The notes beneath the pieces are model-generated. The model did no database searches. It saw only the letters and a list, made by a program, of their open reading frames with translations, and was not told where the DNA came from. Positions 50,305-62,774 of a DNA stretch of 64,000 nucleotides are shown here, one piece after another (within the stretch, counting starts at the first letter, position 1; each line of letters starts with the position of its first letter). The position numbers were made by a program, and so were the translations under genes. This stretch comes from Squalus acanthias (lineage: Eukaryota): positions 153,636,001 to 153,700,000 of the forward strand of contig CM059425.1 in the NCBI GenBank assembly GCA_030390025.1, given 5' to 3'.

Positions 50305-50960
50305 GGGTGATTTTCAACAGCCCCTGAAAAACGGGGGCCAGCAATTTAAAAATGGGAGGACACCTCTGCTGCTCCATTAATGCCCAAGGCCTGCCTGATG
50401 CAATTTTCAGGCAAGATGGTAAATGGGCAACCAGCCCACACACCTGAAACTGGTAGGCAGCTGCTTAAATATGCCAATTGGGGTCTTATGCTGATTCTAG
50501 GACCCTGATTGCGCATTTCAGGTACAAATGGACAGAGCCTGTTTACGCACTGTCTGCCCAGTTGCATAAGTCATTGAGCGGCCTAATCAGTGGTCTTGAA
50601 AGGGAATGCTATGGAAGCTCAAAACATGGCCCGGAAAGCTTGTAATTTTTGTTTGGGCCCAAAAGGAGCAGGAGTGCTCCAGAAAAACACCATCCCGCTG
50701 CAGGCCCATTCGAGAATCCTCCCCAGGATCACCTCCACCAACCACCTCTTCCCTTTCCTCCCTGGCCCAACCAGCCTGACAGCTCAGTGTGAGAGCTGAC
50801 CAGAACCAGTGAGTTGCAGCGGGGCACCCGCTTGGAACCCAGAGCTCACTGGTGGCCTGCTAATGAGGTTTTGACCACAAAATAGCTTGGGTCTCACGCC
50901 AGCACCAATGGCTGCTCAACCGACTTCACGCCCGTTTTGGGTGCTACTTGATAATCGCCC
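50305..50960. mobile_element. Harbinger MITE
   Basis: TIRs GGGTGATTTTCAA / TTGATAATCGCCC. Confidence 0.65.
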
Positions 50961-51414
50961 TGGGGAATTAACGAATCTTGCCATGGATACAAGGTGATAG
51001 GAAATGTTTCAGTCCTTAACACGAGGGCTACATTTGACCAGATCATTATTGTTTCATATCTGTCATAAACTATTTTTAAATCATTAACTTTGCCCCATTC
51101 TGTATTTCTAGTGATCCTTCTTCTCTGCCTGATTTTCAGATTTCATTACAGGAATATCTTTATGTTCTCACTTTCTACTAATTTGTTTGAATGTGTTTTA
51201 CCTCAGAGCAATGCTCTTTAAGGCCATAAGTGTCGATTTTAAGAACTAGACCACTAATTAACATTACTGTATATAATTGGTACAATTGCATTGTGGTTAA
51301 GAGACTCCTTCAAGGATTAGTCATTTGGCAGTGGGCTGTCGCCTGACACTACCAGTAGCAAAAAAAAAGCCTCCCAATCCTTTGAACAGATTGCCACCAT
51401 TATTCAAATGTAGA

Positions 51415-51830
51415 TTCTTTAACAATGAATTGAGGTGGATACTTCTAAATGTGGGCATTGCTGGCAAGGCTGGTATTTATTGCCCATCACTAGATGCCTT
51501 TAACTGAACATCAAGTAGGATCAGAAGGGTGAAAGAGCATTAATAAGCCAGCTACTATAAGTAGATTTCCCTTTCTCTCTAATTTTCAACGGTAGCCGGC
51601 GCGGCTCGACGGGCCGAATGGCCTCCTTCTGTGCTGTAGCCATTCTATGATTCTATAATTATTGTATTGTCATACCAGGCAGATTTTATATGATACAATA
51701 GCAAAATACTGCGGATGATGGAAATCTGAAATAACAACAGAAAACGCTGGAAACACTCAGCAGGCCAGGCAGCATCCTTGGAGAGAGAAACAGAGTTAAC
51801 TTTTCAGGTCTGGGACCCTTCATCTGATGA
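51415..51830. mobile_element. Cluster of short retroelement ends: LINE tail (-, ~51430-51505), CR1 tail (+, ~51590-51660), Penelope terminus (-, ~51700-51830)
   Basis: Match 32370-32440, CR1 (TTCTATGA)n tails and 35665-35767, respectively. Confidence 0.7.
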
Positions 51831-52774
51831 GATTTATATGATTTATATGATTTTCATTTTATGTTATTATCATTCTTATTGCTTTCTTCTGAGACATCAC
51901 TATGACTCCAGCAGAACCTAAAAAGTCCCTTCTTCTTTCTCATTCCTCTTTAACTTCATTATTTAAATCCACTAACTTCAGTTTTTCGCTCTGATACTTA
52001 TAATGATTATAAACTAGGTTAAAATTGTTCTGTCTTTGAATTTTTCAATATAAACAGATAAAGCACTTTCTTTGTAATTTGACTATGCACAACAAAGTCC
52101 TAATATGATAGAAAGCAGTTGTCAAACTATTTAGTGTGGTTTATATTAATGGAGAAAAATTTCAAACAATGTGAGTAAGCCATTTACAGAGCAATTTGTA
52201 ATCCAAATACATTGGAGGCCCAGAGGAATGTTTCGGTTGAAACAATTTACCAATATCAAAAAGAATCCTCTTTATAGTGAGCCTGCACTGTAGGTTTATT
52301 TACAAAATGACCTGTAAATTTGTGCATGTTGTAGGATAGTTCTACCAATGGTCAGAATTGCTTCACATTTTTCTGAGATAGGCTTTGGCATCAAAATGAT
52401 CTGCTTAGATGTTGGTCGATTTGTTATAGTCAGCTCCCTTGATGGCTTTGTGGATAAATGCATTGCCTGGTATGGTATCTGCTGAATTGGTTGACTTCAG
52501 CGAGGGCAGCAGTATCGGCATTATAATTGGCCTTAGTGTGCTCAATTTTCATCTGCCTACGGCCCTGGTTTTTAGCATGAACAGGGCAGTAAGCAGAATA
52601 CAATTTTTAAAAAGAACCTACCGCTCACTTGCTGACTGAAGCCCTTCTGACTTGATTTTCAAGCAGGCCTTGAAATAGGCGGTCAGCACACCCATCCGAA
52701 AGAGGCAGAAGCCTCAATAAAATATTTAAATTCGGATGCTACGGTGTATTAAGAACCCCACTGCAATTTTGAGC

Positions 52775-54091
52775 TTCTTCTCTTCTCCTTAGGCAGTCCC
52801 TCGGAACTGAGGATGACTTGCTTCCACATTAAAAATGAGTTCTCAGGTGACTGATGAGTCCAATGCGGGACCTACAGTCTCTGTCACAGGTGGGGCAGAC
52901 GGTGGTTGAAGGGGCGGGTGGGTGGGGTGCTTGGGTTGACGTGCGCTCCTTCCGCTGTTTGCGCTTGGCTTCCGCTTGCTCCCAGCGAAGAGACTCGAGG
53001 TGTTTGGCGCATTCCCGGATGCTTCTCCTCCACTTTGTGCGGTCTTGGGCCAGGGATTCCCAGGTGTTGGTGGGGATGTTGCACTTTTTCAAGGAGGCTT
53101 TGAGGGTTTCCTTGAAGCGTTTCCTCTTCCCACCTGGGGCTCTCTTGCTATGTCGGAGCTCCGAGCAAAGCGCTTGTTTTGGGAGTCTTGTATCGGGCAT
53201 GCAGACGATGTGGCCCGTCCATCGGAGCTGATCGAGCGTGGTTAAAGCTTCGATGCTGGGGATGTTGGCCTGAGCGAGAACACTGACGTTGGTGCACCTA
53301 TCCTGCCAATGGATTTGCAGGATCTTGCGGAGGCAGCGTTGGTGGTACCTCTCCAGTGCTTTGAGGTGCCTGCTGTACATGGTCCATGTCTCTGAGGCAT
53401 ACAGCAGGGCGGGTATCACTGCTGCTCTGTAGACCATGAGCTTGGTGCTGGGTTTGAGGTCCTGGTCTTCAAACACTCTCTTCCTCAGGCGACCGAAGGC
53501 TGCACTGGCACACTGAAGGTGGTGTTGGACTTCGTCATCGACGTCTGCCCTTGTTGACAATAGGCTCCCGCGGTATGGAAAGTGGTCCACGTTGTCCAAG
53601 GCCTCATCATGGATTTTGATAATCGGGGAGCAGTACTGTGTGGCGGGGGCAGGTTGGTGGAGGACCTTTTTCTTACGGATGTTTAGTGTAAGGCCCATGC
53701 TCTCGTATGCTTCGGTGAAGGTGTTGATGATGGTTTGGAGTTCGACCTCAGAGTGTGCGCAGACGCAAGCGCCGTCTGCATACTGTAATTCGATGACAGA
53801 GAATGGGATGACCTTGGATCTGGACTGGAGGCGACGGAGGTTGAACAGTTTCCCGTTTGTTCTGTAGATTAGCTCCACTCCAGCGGGGAGCTTACTGAGG
53901 GTGAGATGGAGCTTTGCAGCCAGGAAGATCGAGAAGAGCGTTGGTGCGATGACACAGCCTTGCTTGACCCCGTTCCATACGTGAATTGGGTCTGTGGTGG
54001 ATCCGTTGGTCAGGATCACGGCTTGCATGTCGTCGTGAAACAGGCGGAGGATGGTGACAAACTTTTGAGGGCAGCCGAATTTGAGGAAGCA
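52775..54091 (-). mobile_element. RTE-clade LINE, 5'-truncated, inserted in a MITE remnant
   Basis: Stop-free RT C-terminal frame (GVKQGCVIAPTLF, YADG, QLRWTGHIV, C-terminal CPTC...H...H); (GAA)-type tail; 12-bp TSD GCAATTTTGAGC at 52763-52774 / 54092-54103. Confidence 0.95.
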
Positions 54092-54155
54092 GCAATTTTG
54101 AGCAATGAGTGGCCGAACCACCGGCCCTTAAAGGATCGCTGCAGGCCGCTCCAAA

Positions 54156-54310
54156 AACATAAGAACATAAGAAATAGGAGCAGGAGTTGGCCATACAGCC
54201 CCTCGAGCCTGCTCCGCCATTCAACATGATCATGGCTGATCTTCTACATCAACTCCACTTTCCCACACTATCCCCATATCCCTTGATTTCCTTAGTGGCC
54301 AAAAATGTTC
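54156..54310 (-). mobile_element. CR1 3' tail
   Basis: (CATAAGAA)n plus ATAGGAGCAGGAG... Confidence 0.88.
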
Positions 54311-55328
54311 CTAGGCACCAGTTTCCAATGATTTTTGTGGGTGCCAAAGGCACAAATGCGCCTCCTGACCACACAAAAATCTTCCTGCCTGCTGTCAGTC
54401 TCCCTCCTCCCACTGGGATTTACATCCCTCCAATAAGGACCCAATTCTGGCTCAGCTCTGTGGAAGAGCTGTTGGACTTCCCATCCCCCTATTGATGAGC
54501 TCTCTGTCAGCATTTGTTCAGTGCTGGCAGCTCAGTACACACATAAATGGGGTTACTGCCAAACTACTGCTGATGTTACAGCAGTGGAGCAGAAGAAACC
54601 CCAAGGAAATTTTCAGCAACTATATTTATAAAATATTCTTATGGAATGACCTTCAATATGACTTGTGTTGTAGTTATCCCTTGTCTCCACTATGTTGCAA
54701 AATTGTATTGAAGGTGCCTGACATAAACTTTCCTTTGAAATAGTTAGAGAAGGGGAAATGTTCATGTCCCAAGCACCAGCAGTACAAGCATGCACCAGTT
54801 GTGGTGGGCTGCAAAATTAGGTACTGAGTGCAAGTACCTGAAATGTGCCTGTATAAATCAGGTGCACTTACAACCTAACTTCCTGGTCTGTAACAGGAAC
54901 ATTCTTCAAGTTATGTGCCAGAGTGCTCTACCCGCCATATTCTGACTGGGTAGCATTGGGGGTGTAGGAAGCTTGCGCCATTGGATTGCTTGCACCTCAT
55001 TCGACTGTCTAAAAATGTTAATTAAGATAGGGTCCCCCCCGTCCTACATTTTCCAGTGGCAGGCTCCACTTGTATGCCATCATCATTGTGCGCCTGTATA
55101 AACCACTTGCAACCCGATTTCCTGGTCTGTAGCAGGAACATTCTTAAAGTTATGTTGCAAATGACAGTGAAGTAGCCTTTTTTTTTCATTTAGGGTTATT
55201 TATTGTTGACTTTCTGTACCATTCATTGATTTTTTTTTTAGACCACTTCTCAGTTTAATTTGATTTTGGCTTACATTTATCTATCTGCACCTAGCCTTCT
55301 GGTGAGTTGGTCTTGCCCTAGAACCAGC

Positions 55329-55932
55329 CCCGACTGTATACCACTGTGCCGCCACCTCTGGTGGGTCTGTCCTGCCGGTGGGACAGGACATACCCAGGGA
55401 TGGTGATGAAGGAGTCTGGGACATTGGCTGAAAGCTATGATTCTGTGAGTATGATTATGTCAGGCTGTTGTGTGATTAGTCTGTGGGACTAGTCTGTGGG
55501 ACAGATCTCCCAATGCTGTCACAAGTCCCCAGATGTTAGTGAGGAGTACTTTGCAGGGTCGACTGGGCTAGGTGTGCCTTTGTCGTGTCCAAAACTGATG
55601 CCTAGGTCGATGCCGGGTGGTCTGTCCGGTTTTATTCCTATTATTGTTTTTCGTAGTGGTTTGGTATAACTGAGTGGGCCAAACAAGGCTAATAGCTTGC
55701 TAGACCATTTCAGAGGGAACCATATTGCAGTGGGTCTGCAGTCACATATAGGCCAGACCAGGTAAGGATGGCAGATTTCCTTCCCTAAAGGTCATTAGTG
55801 AACCAGATGGGCTTTTATGACAATTCGGTAGTTTCATGTTCACCATTATTGATATTAGCCTTTTGTTCCAGATTTATTTGTGGTCTACTCAGATCATTAG
55901 TCCAGGCCTCTGGGTTACTGGTCCAGTAACAT
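55329..55932 (-). mobile_element. 5' part of the SINE-headed LINE (head, Meta-like domain, APE start)
   Basis: Colinear reverse complement of ~62795-63425; the B-box segment is deleted in this copy. Confidence 0.85.
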
Positions 55933-56926
55933 ACTTCCTTTCTGATTTGACTGCAGGTAACGAATGCATCACAAATTCTTCAACAAGCACCTTAAAAAGA
56001 CCTAACAAGCAAAGGATAGCAGTTTTACTCGTTTTTCTCCAATTTGTGTTAACCATTTTTGGAGGGGTAGAAATGGTCGGAACAGCACAAATGAATACCT
56101 CTTCAACACTTTCTACCTACATTACATCCACTTTTTGCTCACATCTACTTTTTAAATTAGTGAAAGCAACAATTTCAGTGCCTAGGTAGATTTGTCAAAT
56201 GTCTTTTCAAGTCTTACCCAGAACAATTATATGAACAAGGATTAATATTTATGAACGGTAGAGTTATGAAAAAAATGCAAAAATCAAGCAAGGATTTGTT
56301 ATCACTAGTGACTTTCGATTTTCATTTTCATTGTTACTAACTATATCCCATGATGACAACGCTCTCTTTCCGTCATTCAAAATGTTTCATTCCATGCTCC
56401 ATCAAGAGCTGGCACTCATGCTGTAGAACACATCAATAAGGACGAATAACTCAAAGTTTTACAGTGAAAATGAGTATAAAGCAATGTATATTTCCAAAGA
56501 CCAACAATGTAAAAGTCCTTACATCTAAATTTTTATTTTGTTATTTTTATAAATTATATATGCTTTGTGCTTTTTAAATTGTGCCTCCTAAGGCTAGCAT
56601 ATTAAAATATGGCATTAGCAAATAGTCAAAACATGCCATTACACTCAATGATAAATTAACTATAGTTATTGTTGAGAGGGGTCATTAGGCTTGATTGATG
56701 AAAAAATATATTAACATATGTTCACACTGTGTTCGAATGATAGTATTAACTTTCACATAATTTGCCGCATACAATATTTTGCTAATGAATTTTGTCAGCT
56801 AAAAGGTTGGATGAAATGTTATGATGATACAACTAAACGTTACTTTTGCACTAGAATTTCCTGTCAGGCACTTCTGATTGTCACACTATGACCTTTTTGG
56901 TTACTGCAACAACTCATAGAATCATA

Positions 56927-57656
56927 GGGCTCGATTTTGTCATGGGGCGGGCTGGGGTCGTGTCATCCGCTTTTCGTGTTAGCCGCCCGACTCCAATTGG
57001 ATGTGGGAGAATTATGCGATTTTCCCCGAATTGGGCAATTGAGTTCCAGCATGTGGGAACCCATGACCCAATTAGTTTTTTCAGTCTGAAAGTTGCCTCT
57101 GATGATGTCATAATTGCTGCTGCATTTAAGGTCTGCAAAGACTGGGAAGCTTTTGGTCTTTGCTGTGAGAGGGACCTGGAGGCAAAATGAGCAGCAGGAG
57201 ACCTAAGTCTGCTCCCAGATTCTTCACCACCACCACCACCACCACCACCACCACCACCACCACCACTGTAATGCCTGCTAAAAGTTCCCCCATAATGATG
57301 ATTGATCAAATCTCCTTTTTAATGTTGGAGCTACAGCTGATAGTCAGCAATCCAAGTGTGCTACCGCCAGGTTTCTCCGTCGTGTTTCAGAGGAGGCGTG
57401 CATCACATCGGAAAAGTGTTAAAATCAGAAGGCCTCTCGAAATGGGATTATAGAGGCAATGAAGTGGTTGTTAAGGGCCTTAAGGGTCTATCCCGCCTCT
57501 TGGAGGCGGGACGGAGACGGGATCAGAAACCACGCATTTGGGAAAATTGCTCGGAGGCGGGATGGAGGCGGGGTCGGGCCCGCCCACCATTTTTTGCAAT
57601 TTTAACACCCCACATGCCTCCATTCCCGCCTCCTCGGGCCTGGCAAAATCGAGCCC
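56927..57656. mobile_element. Harbinger MITE with internal (CAC)n, inserted in a CR1 tail
   Basis: ATA TSD; perfect 13-bp TIR GGGCTCGATTTTG; homologous to 47080-47838. Confidence 0.92.
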
Positions 57657-58047
57657 ATAGAGTCACAGAATTTTACGGCACAGAAGGAGGCCATTTGGCC
57701 CATTGTGTCTGTGCCGGCTGAAAAAGAGCTATCCAGCCTAATCCCATTTTCCAGCTCTTGGTCCATAGCCTTGTAGGTTACGGCACTTCAAGTGCATATC
57801 CAAGTACTTTTTAAATGCGATGAGGGTTTCTGCCTCTACCACCCTTTCAGGCAGTGAGTTCCAGACCCCCACCACCCTCTGGGTGAAAAGATTTCTCCTC
57901 AACTCCCCTCTAATCCTTCTACCAATTACTTTAAATCTATGCCCCCTGGTTATTGACCTCTCTGCTAAGGGAAATAGGTCCTTCCTATCCACTCTAGGCC
58001 CCTCATAATTTTATACACCTCAATTAAATCTCCCCTCAACCTTCTCT

Positions 58048-59205
58048 TGAAGGGATAATTCCCAGTCCTAGCCCCTTTAGGTCTACCCCAGATCAGGCGT
58101 ATTCCCCAGACGTTCACTTTCAACTAAAGTTTGAGGTAGCCGAATCCTAAAGTTGCTTAATTGGGTCTAAAGGTCCGGACTATCTCTCCCTAAAGGAAAG
58201 GAACAACCTGAAAATGTTACCGTCCTCCAGACAGCACTTTTAATAAGTTTAGCTAGACTGTAACCTTCCAGATATTATGAGGGTCCGGAAAACTCCCCCA
58301 GAATTCTGCAACTCCTCACCAAAGAGTGTACAGAGATTGAGTTTGCGAGTTTGATACAGAAGTCTTATGTGAGACAATTCTAAAAATATATAGATTTATT
58401 AAAGAACTGACATGTATTTTACAGTTGGTGATTCAATCGCAACATTAACAGTTCCAAAAAGAGAAAGCTTACAATTCTTTTATCAGAGATCCTTATTCTC
58501 AAATCTTAACTTCGCTACAGTTTTACAGTTCTTAAAGTTTATTCAGGATATCCACCAAAATCAAATACAGTACCTTGATCCCCGAGATACAAAGAGTTGT
58601 AGACTTACAGAGCTGCCTCTGAAGCCTGAGAATCGCTTTGCCCCTTTACAGCGAATCTATTCTCCTATTTGAGAGCTCAATATTTATAACCTTTTCCAGT
58701 GGTATTCCTTTAAGGTTTTCTGCTGATGTAAGCTAATTATCTCTAGTAATTTTTCTGCTGACCCCTGCAATTCTTACAGTCAGATCAGCTGGTAGCATTA
58801 CAGAATTATGTCTCTACCCTCCGTAGGTGTTCCAAGTTTAACACAAAAATGGTGTGATGGCAGGTGTTTCTTTTACTTGATGTCATTTTTACGAAGGCAT
58901 ATGTTTCTTAATTTTATGTGCCTCTTTACGAAGTGTAACTTAGAACACCTTAACCAGGATGCACCATTGTCTTCTTTCCAAAGATTCAGACCGCCAGGAG
59001 CCTCCAACCTTCTGTTTCAACAAGGTTATTGATTCAGTGTCAACAACCATCCCATCCCCATAGCCAGAATGCTGTTAACAATACAGCTTCTCCATTGTTA
59101 GGTTTTTAGATTTCCAAACCCAGTTTGTCATGTTTTAATAAGACCAGAATTCTTTCATAGAATGGTGTATTTTTCTGAATAGGTTTTATGGCTTATTCCT
59201 TCACA
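58048..59205 (-). mobile_element. Solo LTR, 1158 bp (ERV- or Gypsy-type)
   Basis: TG...CA ends with TGAAGG/CCTTCA inverted repeat; 4-bp TSD CTCT (58044-58047 / 59206-59209); on -, TATAAATA at 58688-58681 and AATAAA at 58400-58395. Confidence 0.8.
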
Positions 59206-59767
59206 CTCTGTTCCAAAGAAAACAACCCCAGCCTATCCAATCTTTCCTCATAGCTAAAATTCTCCAATCCTGGCAACACCTTGGTAAATCTCCTCTGTAC
59301 CCTCTCTAGTGCAATCACATCTTTCCTGTAATGTGGTGACCAGAACTGTACGCAGTACTCTAGCTGTGGCCTAACTAATGTTTTATACAGGGGAAGCATA
59401 ACCTCCCTGCTCTTATATTCTATGCCTCGGCTAATAAAGGAAAGCATCCCTTATGCCTTCTTAACCACCTTCTCTACCTGTCCTGCTACCTTCAGGGATC
59501 TGTGGACATACACTCCAAGATCCCTCTCTTCCTCTACACTTCTCAGTATTCTACCATTTATTGTGTATTCCCTTGCCTTGTTAGCTCTCCTCAAATGCAT
59601 TGCCTCACACTTCTCCGGATTGAATTCCATTTGCCACTTTTCTGCCCATCTGACTAGTCCATCGATATCTTCCTGCAGTCTACAGCTTTCTTCCTCACTA
59701 TCAACCACATGGCCAATTTTCGTATCATCTGCAAACTTTTTAATCATGCCCCCTACGTTGAAGTTTA

Positions 59768-60412
59768 GGGGCTAGAAATTGGGTTGCTTTGCTAACGGTG
59801 CAAATGCCCTAGCGCCCGGGCGCGGTGCCACTAACGCCTCCCGCAAAATTCAGCAGGAGGTGAGTGGCAGCGGTAGCCGGTAGCACCCTGCACTGCTATG
59901 TCGGCGATGATGTTGCGTTCCGCCGCAAACTTCCCTTGCGCCCCTTGACCTATCACCGATATGTGTGACAGGATCAGGGGGCGGTTTTGCAGCGGTGGTA
60001 GTGGGTGGCGGCGCAATTTAAAGGGCAGGTGTCGGGCGGCCATTTTTATTTTGACTGACTGCCAGCACCTGCCCCCTTTCACATTTGTATGCGGGGTGCC
60101 AGCTGCGATCGCTCAGCCCAGCACTCCTCTTGAGTGCCAGGCTGTTTACATGGCACCCCGCTCCCCGGTGGTCTGACAGGGCCCCAGTGCGTACAGCGCT
60201 AGGCCCCTCCGCTTTAATCAGGGGGGGAGGCCTGCAATGACATGGCTGCTGCACGTAGCGCCGCGACATTGAGTAGTTGCACCCCAAGGAGGAGGTGGAG
60301 AGCTTCCAGTAGCGCTCCACCTCCTTCTTGGAGTGCTACTACTGAATTTACGGGGTAGGGGTGCTAAATTTTTTGGGGCGCTAATTCTGAGGCGCTACCC
60401 AATTTTCCCCAC
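59768..60412. mobile_element. Harbinger MITE (TAGCGCC-rich)
   Basis: TIRs GGGGCTAGAAATTGGGT / ACCCAATTTTCCCC; interrupts a CR1. Confidence 0.85.
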
Positions 60413-61134
60413 ATAATCATTGAAATATACTACAAAAAGCAAGGAACCTACTACTGATCCTTGCGGAACCCCACTGGAAACAGCCTTCCAGTCACAAAAA
60501 CACCCGTCGACCATTACCCTTTGCTTCCTGCCACTGAGCCAATTTTGGATCCAACTTGCCATTTTCACTTGGATCCCATTGGCTTTTACTTTTATGACCA
60601 GTCTGCCATGTGAGACCTTGTCAAAAACCTTGCTAAAATCCATGTAGATTTGGTTAGTGCTGGGGCTGTTGACGTGAACATGGTAAAAGCTCCATCTTGC
60701 ATCTTGCAGAAAGACATTGGTGCATTTCTTGCCATTGTGCAACATGTCTTTGAAATCAAAGACCAATTCTTGAACATTCTCCACAATTTTGATCTCTGCA
60801 ATTTATGGAGTGCTCTACCTGTTTGGTGACTATCCTGCTGATGACCTGTATTTTTGTGCTGAAGCGTGTCCACTAGCTCCCACATACATATTTCCTGTTC
60901 TTACAACTGCTGTCCCTGGAGGCCTGGAATATTCAATTGGTCTTTCCAATAGGCCTCCCTCAATTCGCAGTTTCTATTTTCTCTGCTCTTAAGGTGTCAA
61001 TTTGCAGAAGCTCCAATGTGTATGCCGAAGGTGAAATCATAGCTCTGCAATAAACAAGCAGTAAAATTAACTTTCATATTTTAAAAATCCAAAGCGACAT
61101 GTCGCAGAGAACAGATAAATTGACCCAACATAAT

Positions 61135-61915
61135 TGGCCAGATCGTGCTGGCAAAATAATGGTGTGTTAACAATGCATGTCATTTTTAATGTGTAAATCA
61201 GCCAACAAGCTCAGGGATTAAGATATACGTCATGAGTTGCGAATCTCCAGAACTTGCTGGTCGATTTACGCCTCTCTGCCGTTTGCTTTGCACAAACGGA
61301 ATCTCGCTCTTAGCCTCCCCGTTATTTTTAAGAAGTTGTTGGATTTTATCATTAATTGCCCATTAAATTCACTGCAGAAAGTTAGGGCTGGCAATCAAGA
61401 GCGTAAGAATCCTTTTAACAATGTGATAATTGTTAATGCAATGCCAATCAACCTCTCTTGCCCATAAAGGGAACAATTTAAACTGTTCAGACTCATTCCT
61501 GCCAGTAGTAAATTCTCCTTCGAGATTTAAACATTTTAAAATTTTACTTTTTAAATTTTTTTTTCTTACTTTTCCTTTTTAGAACTTTTTCTCTCTCTTA
61601 ATCCAATCTTTATTTCTTTCCTTTTATTTCTCTTTCTGTACCTGATTTGACTTTAATTCACCTTCACTAATTCACTCTCCTTCTCTGTCATTACTCTGTT
61701 TCTTTCTCAAAGCTTAAATCTCATTTGTTAAGGAGATAGGCTGTTGGTCCCTCCATTCACTTAGGTCCCAAGTGCCCTGTTACCCTCGCTATGCTGTTAT
61801 CAGCTCGCATTTCCAGCAAGTTACGGCGCAAAAATTGTTCGAGCTGAAGGATGCAGAAAAAAGTCTAACTAACGGTGTATGCTGCGAGATGCCCTGCTCC
61901 AGCAAGATTTGGCCC
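61135..61915. mobile_element. Harbinger MITE with T-rich core
   Basis: TIRs TGGCCAGATCGTGCTGG / CCAGCAAGATTTGGCCC. Confidence 0.75.
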
Positions 61916-62151
61916 ATATGTTGGAGATTGCCAAAAAAAACAGAACCAGGGAACAGGCTCAAGCTAAGAAGAGGAAAGGTACACATACAGATTTTTTAGG
62001 CAGAGGGTGGTGAAACACATAAACATTTGGGATAGATTTTCCAGGTATGGAGTGGAGGCAGGTAGTGTGAAAAATTTAAAGGAGAATTGGATAAATATTT
62101 GAAGGAGTGCGGAATTGAAAGGTATTAGTTCTTGAGCCCATTTTGTGGCAG

Positions 62152-62772
62152 CCATAGGAACATAGAACATAGGAACAGGAGTAGGTCATTTAGCCCCTCG
62201 AGCCTGTTCCGCCGTTCAATGAGATCATGGCTGATCTGTGACCTAACTCCATATACCCGCCTTTGCCCCATATCCTTAATAATTTTGGTTAACAAAAATA
62301 TATCAATCCCAGATTTAAAATTAACAATTGATATAGCATCAATTGCCATTTGCGGAAGAGAGTTCCATAGGTCTACCACCCTTTGTGTGGAGAAATGTTC
62401 CTAATTTCACTCCTGAAAGGTCTGACTCTAAATTTTAGACTCCACAACCAGCGGAAATAGTTTCTCTCTATCTACCATATCTGTTCCCCTTAATATCTTG
62501 AAAACTACAATCAAATCACCCCTTAACCTTTTAAATTCCAGGGAATACAACCCTAGTTTGTGTAATCTCTCCTCATAATTTAACCCTTGGATTCCAGGCA
62601 TCATTCTGGTAAACCTACGCTGCACTCCCTCTAAGGCCAATACATCCTTCCTAAGGTGTGGTGCCCAGAACTGCTCGCAGTACTCCAGGTGTGGTCTAAC
62701 CAGGGCTTTGTATAACTGAAGCATGGCTTCTACCCCCTTGTATTCTAGTCCTCTAGATATAAAGGCTAGCAT
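62152..62772 (-). mobile_element. CR1 3' fragment
   Basis: LVRPHLEYCEQFWAPH...RLRGDLI, plus tail. Confidence 0.93.
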
Positions 62773-62774
62773 CT

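Larger units (their letters stand above)
56915..60648 (-). mobile_element. CR1 3' region split by two MITEs and a solo LTR
   Basis: Pieces 57657-58047, 59206-59767 (KFADDTK) and 60413-60648 (YMDFSKVFDKV, GVPQGS) join in order. Confidence 0.92.

Noticed and set aside
52829-54121. 430-aa ORF as a functional gene
   Set aside because: It is a 5'-truncated RTE; the listed start lies outside the TSD and YADD is mutated.
56914-57453. Poly-Gly / poly-Thr ORFs
   Set aside because: They are translations of a (CAC)n microsatellite inside a MITE.
60650-60995. Coding-looking stretch with overlapping ORFs next to a CR1 5' break
   Set aside because: No domain recognised; the listed ORFs are long only because they run into the CR1 RT.
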